Below, piece by piece: positions 56,320 to 64,000 of a stretch of 64,000 bases of DNA; within the stretch, counting starts at the first letter, position 1, and each line of letters begins with the position of its first letter. The position numbers and the translations under genes were made by a program. This stretch comes from Squalus acanthias (Eukaryota): contig JASTWF010000033.1 of NCBI GenBank assembly GCA_030390025.1, positions 4,094,001 to 4,158,000 of the forward strand, in the 5' to 3' direction. A model generated the notes under the pieces. That model did no database searches. It was given only the letters and a program-made list of their open reading frames with translations, and was not told the origin of the DNA.

Positions 56320-57729
56320 TTTCAGAATTCATTAGACTCGGGAACAGTGCCCATGGATTGGAGGGTAGCTAACGTTACCCCACTATTCAAAAAGGTGGGT
56401 AGGGAAAAAGCAGGTAATTACAGACCTGTAAGCCTTACATCAGTTGTGGGCAAAATGCTGGAGTCCATCATTAAGGATGAAATAGCGGAGCACTTAGCAA
56501 ATGGGGACAGGATAGGACAGAGTCAACATGGATTTACAAAGGGTAAATCGTGCTTGACTAATGTATTGGAATTTTTTGAGGGAGTAACTGGTAAAATAGA
56601 TGGGGGAGAGCCAGTAGATGTGGTGTACCTGGACTTCCAAAAGGCCTTCGACAAGGTCCCACATAAAAGATTAGCATGGAAAATTGAAGTTCATGGGATA
56701 AAGGGGAAAGTATTGACGTGGATAGAGAACTGGCTGTCAGATAGAAAACAGAGAGTTGGAATAAACGGCTCATTTTCTGAATGGCAGGCAGTAACAAGTG
56801 GGGTACCGCAGGGATCTGTCCTGGGTCCCCAGCTGTTCACAATTTACATTAATGACCTGGATCAGGGTGTCGGATGCAGCATTTCCAAATTTGCAGACGA
56901 CACTAAACTAGGAGGGGGGGTGGGCTCAGAGGAGGAGACCAGGAAGCTCCAGAGCGATTTGGACAGACTGGGTGATTGGGCGGATAAATGGCAGATGCAC
57001 TATAATGTGGACAAGTGCGAAGTTATCCACCTTGGGTGCAGGAACGGGAGGGCAAATTATTATTTAAATGGCAATAAATTGGGAGAGGGGGAAGTACAGA
57101 GAGACCTGGGTGTTCTTGTACACCAGTCACTGAAGGCGAGCATTCAGGTGCAACAGGCGGTCAAGAAGGCAAACGGTATGCTGGCCTTCATAGCAAAAGG
57201 GTTGGAATACAGGAACAGGGATACCTTGCTGCAGCTGTACAGGGCACTGGTGAGACCACACCTCGAGTACTGTGTACAGTTTTGGTCGCCTCATCTGAGG
57301 AAAGATGTTCTTGCCATGGAGGGGGTGCAGCGGCGATTCACCAGGCTGATACCAGGAATGGCGGGATTGACCTATGAGGAGAGACTATGTAGTTTAGGGA
57401 TGTACACACTGGAGTTTAGAAGATTGAGAGGGGACCTCATAGAAGTGTATAAAATTCTGACAGGTCTAGACAGACTAGATGCAGAAGGAATGTTTCCCTT
57501 GGCGGGTGAGAACAGAACTAGAGGACATAATTTAAGGATAAGGGCTAAACCATTTAGGACAGAAATGAGGGGGAATTTCTTCACTCAGAGGGTGGTGAAC
57601 CTGTGGAACTCATTGCCACAGAGGGCAGTGTACGCCAGCTCATTAAATATATTTAAGCGGGAATTAGATATATTTCTACAGGCAAAAGGGGTTAAGGGTT
57701 ACGGAGAGAAGGCGGGGACGGCATACTGA
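56320..57729 (+). CDS. Uninterrupted LINE ORF2 fragment: complete reverse transcriptase domain and C-terminus, no endonuclease
   Basis: Part of ORF 56086..57729: [36 protein letters not shown], catalytic FADD at 56890-56901, DLGV, LVRPHLEYC, WNSLP. No stop or frameshift. First internal ATG is at 56353. Expression is unknown. Confidence 0.85.
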   Translation, partial: FQNSLDSGTVPMDWRVANVTPLFKKVGREKAGNYRPVSLTSVVGKMLESIIKDEIAEHLANGDRIGQSQHGFTKGKSCLTNVLEFFEGVTGKIDGGEPVDVVYLDFQKAFDKVPHKRLAWKIEVHGIKGKVLTWIENWLSDRKQRVGINGSFSEWQAVTSGVPQGSVLGPQLFTIYINDLDQGVGCSISKFADDTKLGGGVGSEEETRKLQSDLDRLGDWADKWQMHYNVDKCEVIHLGCRNGRANYYLNGNKLGEGEVQRDLGVLVHQSLKASIQVQQAVKKANGMLAFIAKGLEYRNRDTLLQLYRALVRPHLEYCVQFWSPHLRKDVLAMEGVQRRFTRLIPGMAGLTYEERLCSLGMYTLEFRRLRGDLIEVYKILTGLDRLDAEGMFPLAGENRTRGHNLRIRAKPFRTEMRGNFFTQRVVNLWNSLPQRAVYASSLNIFKRELDIFLQAKGVKGYGEKAGTAY

Positions 57730-57829
57730 ATTGGAGGATCAGCCATGATCTCATTAAATGGCGGAGCAGGCTCGAAGGGCCGGATGGCCTACTCCTGCTC
57801 CTATCTTCTATGTATCTATGTATCTATGT
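56320..57829 (+). mobile_element. Young 5'-truncated CR1-clade LINE nested in opposite orientation inside the host LINE
   Basis: Starts abruptly at FQNSLDSG and ends in a hairpin (57763-57801) and a (TATCTATG)n tail. AAA flanks both sides (56317-56319, 57830-57832). Removing the insert restores host codons KYF-GSVFTVED. Confidence 0.95.
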
Positions 57830-58514
57830 AAAGTACTTGTTCAATTGATCTGCCATTTCTTTGTTTCCCATTATGATTACCCCTGTTTCTGACTGCAGGG
57901 GACCTACGTTTGTTTTTGCTAACCTCTTTCTTTTTACATATTTATAGAAGCTTTTGCAGTCCGTTTTAATGTTCTCCGCAAGCTTCCTTTCATATTTTAT
58001 TTTCCCTGCCCTAATCAAACCCTTCGTCCTCCTCTGCTGAGTTTTAAAGTTCTCCCAGTCTCCGGGTTTGCTGCTACTTCTTGCCAATTTGTATGCCACT
58101 TCCTTGCTTTTAATACTATCCCTGATTTCCCTTGTTAGCCATGGTTGAGCCACCTTCCCTTTTTTATTTTTACGCCAGACAGGGATGTACAATTGCTGTA
58201 GTTCATCCATGCGATCTCTAAATGTCTGCCATTGCCCTTCCACTGATAACCCCTTAAATATCGCTTGCCAATCTCACCTCGCCAATTCACGCCTCATACC
58301 CTCAAAGTTGCCCTTATTTAAGTTCTGGACCATGGTCTCTGAATTAACTGTTTCCTTCTCCATCCTAATGTAGAACTCCACCATACTATGGTCACTCTTC
58401 CCCAAGGGGCCTCGCACCACAAGATTGCTGATTAGCCCTTCCACATTACACAAGACCCAGACCAGGATGGCCTCCCCTCTAGTTGGTTCCTCAACATATT
58501 GGTTTAGGAAACCA

Positions 58515-58689
58515 TTAAGATGAAGATAGGTAGATTTCTAGACGGAACAGGCTTCAAGGGGTATGGGGAGAGAGCGGGAATATGGTATTGAGATAAAAGA
58601 TCAGAAATGACCATATGGAATGCCGGATCAGGCTCAAAGGGCCGAATGGCCTATTCCTGCTCCTTTTTTTCTATGTTTCTATGTTTCTA
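58515..58689 (+). mobile_element. Short CR1 3'-end stub
   Basis: Encodes KGYGERAGIWY*, followed by the GGCTCAAAGGGCCGAATGGCCTATTCCTGCTCC hairpin region and a (TTTCTATG)n tail. Confidence 0.88.
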
Positions 58690-59160
58690 CACTGTCCCAT
58701 CAAATACTCCCAGGGCAGGTACAGCACGGGGCAGATACAGAGTAAAGCTCAGTCTACACTGTCCTTTCGAACACTCCAGGGCGGTTGCAACATGGGTCAA
58801 ATAGGAGTAAAGCTGCCTCTACACAGTCCCATTAAGCACTCCCAGGGCAGGTAAAGCACGGGTTAGGTACAGAGTAAAGCTGCATCGACACTGTCCCATC
58901 AAACAGTCCCAGGGCAGGTACAGCACGAGTTAAATACAGAATAAAGCTCCCTCCACACTCTCCCTACATACACTCCCAGGGCAGGTGCAGCACGTGTTAC
59001 ATCGGGTGTAAAGCTTCCTCTACATTCTCCCCATCAAACACGCCCAGAGCAGGTACCGCACGGGGTTAGGTACAGTGTGAAACTCCCTTTGCACTGTCCC
59101 TTCAAACACTACCAGGGCAGGTACAGCACGGTTTAAATAGAGAGTAAAGCTCCCTCTACA
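58687..59160 (+). repeat. 67-bp minisatellite (repeat C), about 7 diverged units
   Basis: Unit CTACACTGTCCCATCAAACACTCCCAGGGCAGGTACAGCACGGGTTAGATACAGAGTAAAGCTCCCT repeated in tandem. Confidence 0.95.
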
Positions 59161-60093
59161 ACTTTTAGATGAAGTAAGAAAGAGGATTGCTGAAGGGAAT
59201 CTAATGGATGTTGTCTACATGGATTTTAGGAAGGCGGTTGACAATATACCACTTAGAAGGTTGGTAAACAAAAGTGAGACTCATGGAATAGGCAGCATTG
59301 ATAAGGATTTGACTTAAGGACAGGAAAGAGCGACTTGTGGTAAATGGCTGTTTTTCAGACTGGATAATGCTAGACAGTGGTGTTCTTCAAGGGTCAGTGC
59401 TGGGGCCACTGCTTTTTTGATACATATAAATGACCTGGATATTGAAATACAGAGAAGATTACGACATTTGCGAATGACACCAAACTGGGGCGTGTGGCAA
59501 ACAGTGATGATGATATCAATCGACTGCAGCAGGACATAGAACGGCTACCAGAATGAGCAGACAAGTGGCAAATGGAATTTAATACAGAGAAGTGTGAGTT
59601 AATGCATTTTGGCAGAAGGAACAGTGAGAGGCAATATACACTTAATTACACAGTTTTAAAGCGTGCGCAGGGACAAAGGGACCTGGGAGTTAATGTGCAT
59701 AGGTCCCTGAAGGTGGCGGGACATATTGAGAGAGTGGTTAGCAAAGCATATGGCATCTTGGACTTCAAAATAGAGGTATTGAGTACAAAAGTAGACAAGT
59801 TATGTTGAAACTTTATAAAGTGCTGGTTAGGCCACAACTGGAACATTGCGTCCAGTTCTGGTCACCACACTTTAGGAAGTATGTGAAGGTCGATGAGAGG
59901 TTGCAGATGAGATTTACCAGAATGGTGGAAGTGAAACACTCAATGTTTTCAAGGGGAGACTTGATAGGCACTTGAGGGAAATAAACGTACAGAGCTACGG
60001 GGATAGAGCGGGGGACTGGGATTAGCTGGATTGCTCACAGAGATCCGGCACCGTCTTGATGGGCAGAAAGGCCTCCTTCTGTGCCTCTATGAG
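59161..60093 (+). mobile_element. Decayed CR1-like LINE fragment (RT part to 3' end, internally deleted) inserted in repeat C
   Basis: Degenerate DVVYMDFRKA, QGSVLGP, FANDTKL, MEFNTEKCELMHFG, DLGV, VRPQLEHCVQFWSP and RFTRMV, then a jump to the terminus. Flanked by TACA at 59157-59160 and 60094-60097. Confidence 0.9.
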
Positions 60094-60132
60094 TACACTG
60101 TCCAGTCAAACACTATCAGGGCACGTACAGCA
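60094..60132 (+). repeat. Partial 67-bp monomer trapped between two LINE insertions
   Basis: TACACTGTCCAGTCAAACACTATCAGGGCACGTACAGCA matches the first ~40 nt of the unit. Confidence 0.88.
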
Positions 60133-60749
60133 TAGAATACAAGAGCAGGGGCGGGGCGGGGGTTATACTTCAACTGTATAAAATACCAGTTCGGCCTCAG
60201 CTAGAGTACTGCGTGCAGTTCTTTTCACCACATTACAGGAAATATGTGATTGCACCAGAGAGGGTACAGAGGAGATTTACAAGGATATTGCCGGGAGTAG
60301 AGAATCTTAGCTATGTGGAAAGACTGGACAGGCTGGGTTTGTTTTCCTTGGAACAAAGGTGGCTGAGGGGAGACTATACTGAGATGTACAAAATTATGAG
60401 TGGCCTAGATAAAGTGGATAGAAAGGACCTATTTCCCTTAGCGAATGGGTCAAATACCATGGGGCATAGATTTAAAGTAATTGGAAGGTTTAAAGGGGAT
60501 TTGAGGGGAAATGTCTTCACCCAAAGCGTTGTGGGGGTCTGGAACTCATTGCGTGAAAGGCTGGTAGAGGCAGAAACCCTAACCACATTTAAAAAGTATT
60601 TGGATGTGCACTTGGGATGCAGTAACCTGCAGGGCTACGGACCAAGAGCTGGGACGTGGGATTTGGCTGGATAGCTCTTTGTTGGCCGGCACGGACACGA
60701 TGGGCCGAAATTGACTCATTCCGTGCTGTAACTTTCTATGATTCTATGA
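60130..60749 (+). mobile_element. CR1-like LINE 3' fragment inserted in repeat C
   Basis: IEYKSR...VRPQLEYCVQF, then ORF 60213..60674 (ERVQRRFTRILPG...WNSL...LQGYG) and tail TTCTATGATTCTATGA. AGCA flanks both sides (60129-60132, 60749-60752). Confidence 0.92.
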
Positions 60750-61838
60750 GCACGAGTTAGATAGAGAGGAATGCTTAATCTACACTGTCCCATCAAGCAC
60801 TCCCAGGGCAGGTGCAGCACGGGTTAAATACAGAGTAAAGCTCCCTCTATACTATCCCATCAAACACTCCAAGGGCAGGTACAGCACGGGTTAGATACAG
60901 AGTAAAGCTCCCTTTATATTTACCCTCCAAACACTCCAAGGGCAGGTACAGCACAGTTTAGATTCAGAGTAAAGCTGCATCTACACTGTCCCATCAAACA
61001 CTCCCAGGGCAGGTACAGCACGGGGTAGATACAGAGTAAACATTCCTCTACACCGTCCCATCAAACACTCCCAGGGCAAGTGCAGCACGGGTTAGATACA
61101 GAGTAAAGCTCCCTCTACACTTTCCCATCAAGCACTCCCAGGGCAGGTACAGCACGGGTTAGATACAACGCAAAGCTCCCTCTACACTGTCCCATCAAAC
61201 ACTCCCAGGGCAGGAACAGCACGTGGTTAGATACAGAGTAAAGCACCCTCTACACTGCCCCGTCAAGCACTCCCAGGGCAGGTACAGCACGGGTTAGATA
61301 CAGCGCAAAGCTCCCTCTACACTGGCCCATCAAACACTCCCAGGGCATCTACAGCACGGTTTAGATACAGAGTAAAGCTGCAGCTACACTGTTCCATCAA
61401 ACACTCCCAGGACAGGTACAGCACGGGTTAGATACAGAGTAAACATTCTTCTAAACTGTCCCATCAAACACTCCCAGGGCAAGTGCAGCACGGGTTAGAT
61501 ACAGAGTAAAGCTCCCTCTACACTGCCCCATCAAACACGCCCAGGGCACGTACAGCACAAGTTAGAAAGAGCGTAAAGCTGCTTCTATACTGTTCCATCA
61601 AACACTCCCAGGGCAAGTACAGCACGGGTTAGATACAGAGTAAAGCTCACTCTACACTGTCCCATCAAACACTCCCAGGGCAGGTACAGCACGGGTTAGA
61701 TACAGAGTAAAGCTCCCTCTACACTGTCCCATCAAACACTCCCAGGGCTCGTGCAGCACGGGTTAGATACAGAGTAAAGCTCCCTCTATACTGTCCCATC
61801 AAACACTCCAAGTGCAGGTGCAGCACGAGTTCGATACA
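60749..61838 (+). repeat. 67-bp minisatellite (repeat C), about 16 units
   Basis: Tandem units with a 67-nt period (e.g. 60781 to 60848). Confidence 0.97.
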
Positions 61839-62180
61839 GTGCAAGAACTCGCCAAGGCTTCATCAGCAGCACCTCCCAGACCCGCAAGCTCTTCCACCTA
61901 GAAAGTCAAGGGCAGCATATGCTTGGGAACACCATCAGCTGCAAGTTCCCCTCCAAGACACATACATCCTGACTTAGAAGTATATCGCTGATACTTCATT
62001 GTCGCTGGGTCAAAATCCTGGAAAACCCTACCTAACAGCACTGTTGGAGTACCTTCACCACACGGACTGCAGCAGTTCAAGAAGGCGGCCCACACCACCT
62101 TTTCCGGGGCAATTCGGGATAGGCCATAAATGCTGTGATTGACAGCGATGCCCACATCGCATAAAAACGAATGAAAAATC
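61839..62180 (+). mobile_element. 3' fragment of a different non-LTR (CR1/L2-group) element
   Basis: Degenerate ORF C-terminus (FIVAGSKSWKTLPNSTVGVPSPHGLQQFKKAAH, a W-x-x-LP...FK pattern) followed by a short UTR and a GAATGAAAAA tail, unlike the CTATG tails. Clade assignment is tentative. Confidence 0.65.
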
Positions 62181-62455
62181 ACTCCCAGGGCTGGTACAGA
62201 ACGAGTAAGACACAGAGTAAAGTTCCCTCTACACTGTCCCATCCAGCACTCCCAGGGCAGGGACAGCGTGGGTTAGATACAGAGTAAAGCTCCCTCTACA
62301 CTGTCCCATCAAACACTCCCAGAGTAGGTACAGCACGGGTTAGATACAGAGTAAAGCCCCCTCTGCACTTTCCTGTCCTGCACTCCCAGGGCAGATACAG
62401 CACAGTTTAGATTCAGAGTAAAGCTCCCTCTGCACTGTCCCATCAAACACGCACT
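62180..62455 (+). repeat. 67-bp minisatellite (repeat C), about 4 units
   Basis: The same unit resumes at CACTCCCAGGG and ends after GTCCCATCAAACAC. Confidence 0.93.
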
Positions 62456-62713
62456 GGACAGATGGAGCCTCAGACATTTGGCAGGAAGAGAGATGCAGTT
62501 GGTGGACACACACAGACTGTTAAGTACCAGATGAGACTGAATCGTCTTTTACTCGCTGAGCTCTACCTTTACAGGTGCTCACTGGACCTTGGATCCGTCA
62601 GTCAGAGGATCGGTTGTCCCAGATGTCGGACCTGGCGCTCAGTACAGCTCTGTCCCGGACCATTCCTCTCAGGCTGTCATCCCAGTCCTGATCCCAATCA
62701 AAGGGTGCAGAGA

Positions 62714-62800
62714 AACTCTTCCCATTGGCAGAAAGGTCAGTCACTAGAGGTCCCAGATTTAAGATGATTGGCAAAAGAACAAGAGATGACGTGAGGATAG
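62714..62800 (+). mobile_element. Small CR1 ORF2 C-terminal fragment
   Basis: LFPLAERSVTRGPRFKMIGKRTRDDVR aligns with MFPLAGENRTRGHNLRIRAKPFRTEMR of the nested copy. Confidence 0.7.
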
Positions 62801-62809
62801 ATTTCTTTA

Positions 62810-62953
62810 TCATAGAATCATTGAATGGTTACAGGACTGAAGATCGGATCCGGCGAGCCCGTGCCGGCTCTCTGCAAGAGCACTTCAGCTTGACCCACTC
62901 CCCTGCTCCTCCCCATAGCCCTGAAAATGTATTTCCTTCAGATAATTATCTAA
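62810..62953 (-). mobile_element. Decayed CR1 3' end on the minus strand
   Basis: CATAGAATCATTGAAT is the reverse tail. Minus-strand translation LDNYLKEIHFQGYGEEQG matches CR1 termini in this window. Confidence 0.75.
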
Positions 62954-63840
62954 TACATTCCATTGAGAAACAAAAACTACACAGGAAAAGTGATACAACC
63001 GTGGGTAACTAAAGAAGTTAAGGATAGTATTAGATTGAAAGAAGAAGCTTACAATGTTGTAAAGAATAATAGTCAGCCTGAGGATTGGGAGAGTTTCAGA
63101 AACCAGCAAAGGTTGACGGAAAAATTGATAAAAAGGGAAAAAAAAATAGGAAAAACTAGCAAGAGATATAAAAGCAGATTTTAAGATTTTCTACAAGTAT
63201 GCAAAAAGGAAAAGAGTAGCAAAAGTAAACGTTGGTCCCTTAGAGACTGAGACAGGATAAATTATTATGGGGAATAAGCAAATGGCAGAATGTTAAACAA
63301 ATATTTTGTGTCTGTCTTCACAGTAGAAGAAACAAAAACCATACGAAATATTGCGGGGAAGCAAGGGGCTATTGAAGGTGTGGAACTAAGCATAATTAAT
63401 ATAAGTAGAGAAAAAGTACAAGAGAAACTAATGGGTCTAAAAGCCGACAAATTTCCAGGACGTAACGGCCGACATCATAGGGTTCTAAAGGTATTGGCTG
63501 AAGAGATAGAAGATGCATTGGTTCACTAGATTGATTCCTGGGATGAGAGGGCTGTCCTATGATGAATGCTTGTTTAGAATGGGCCTTTACTCTCTGGAGT
63601 TTAGAAGAATGAGAGGTGATCTCATTGAAACATACAAGATTCTGAAGGGGATTGACAGGGTAGATGCTGACAGGTTGTTTCCCCCTGGCTGGTGTGTCTG
63701 GAACTAGGGGGCATAGTCTCAGGATAAGGGGTAGGCCGTTTAAGACTGAGATGAGGAGGAATTTTCTCAAACACAGATTTATGAATCTTTGAGCTGGCTG
63801 TGGATGCTGAGTCTTTGAGTATATGCAAGGCTGAGATACA
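62953..63840 (+). mobile_element. Decayed CR1-like LINE with most of the RT deleted
   Basis: Linker motifs (QPWVTKEVKDSI, NKYFVSVFTVEE, GLKADKFPG, IEDALV) join directly to FTRLIPGMRGLSY...RGDLIETYKIL at about 63520. Confidence 0.9.
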
Positions 63841-64000
63841 GGGGCCCGTGAGTGATGCCAGCACTGAGTGCAGCCAGCACAGACTTAACAACTGGGAGTT
63901 TGGTAAGTGTGGGAGTTCGGTGAAGCAGAGGAAGGAGATGCTGCATTTCCTAGCATCTCCCGCAGAGCGGCGGCGGAGCTGAGCGGGAGCAGACCGAGGC
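63841..64000 (+). other. G-rich, CpG-containing segment; possibly the 5' UTR of another retroelement continuing past the window
   Basis: Abrupt compositional shift that truncates the preceding LINE. No ORF homology is visible and identity is inferred only. Confidence 0.3.

Larger units (their letters stand above)
54583..58515 (-). mobile_element. 5'-truncated CR1-clade non-LTR retrotransposon (host copy), split by a nested insertion at 56320-57829
   Basis: Minus-strand translation gives the end of an APE-type endonuclease (PTRGEAIL...GKSDH near 58390), the linker (PWLTREIR, NKEMADQLNKYF/GSVFTVED, KSPGPDGLHPRVLKE) and RT motifs ([31 protein letters not shown]). It ends in a 3' hairpin and a (TTTCTATG)n tail read as CATAGAAA repeats at 54585-54608. 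Confidence 0.95.
54685..58515 (-). pseudogene. Disrupted LINE ORF2 (endonuclease C-terminus plus RT) of the host copy
   Basis: In-frame stops at 58274-58276 and 56023-56025. A +1 frameshift lies in the A-run at 55521-55524 at the FADD motif, and a 1-bp deletion lies near 54825. The natural stop follows GYGEKAGMGY at 54685-54687. Confidence 0.88.

Noticed and set aside
58687..62455. Repeat C as a tRNA-derived SINE or telomeric repeat (GGTTAGATAC B-box-like, exact GTTCGATAC at 61829-61837; GGGTTAG)
   Set aside because: No convincing A box or tRNA fold, the exact B box occurs in one copy only, and there is no tandem TTAGGG.
54441..63982. Short ORFs antisense or out of frame to LINE fragments (e.g. 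55072..55290, 55526..55777, 57372..57584, 63396..63770)
   Set aside because: Shadow frames of retroelement sequence with no independent support.

Overview
This is eukaryotic, repeat-only DNA. The CR1-type LINEs and the 67-bp minisatellite suggest a cartilaginous fish (shark); that assignment is recollection and inference, not a search result. No host gene can be supported. Layout: (1) 1-26170, a homogeneous tandem satellite of 60-bp monomers mixed with 54-bp variants (satellite A); (2) a 500-N scaffold gap; (3) 26671-54582, a purine-rich 58/56-bp satellite (satellite B); (4) 54583-58515, a degraded minus-strand CR1-like LINE interrupted by a younger plus-strand CR1 copy with an uninterrupted reverse transcriptase frame; (5) 58515-64000, a 67-bp minisatellite (repeat C) repeatedly interrupted by LINE fragments, followed by more CR1 debris. 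Almost all ORFs in the first 54 kb are read-through of satellite monomers. The most notable observations are apparent shared ancestry of the three tandem-repeat families, multi-level higher-order structure in both satellites, the nested inverted LINE pair, and clustered LINE insertion into the 67-bp repeat. All alignments were done by eye.
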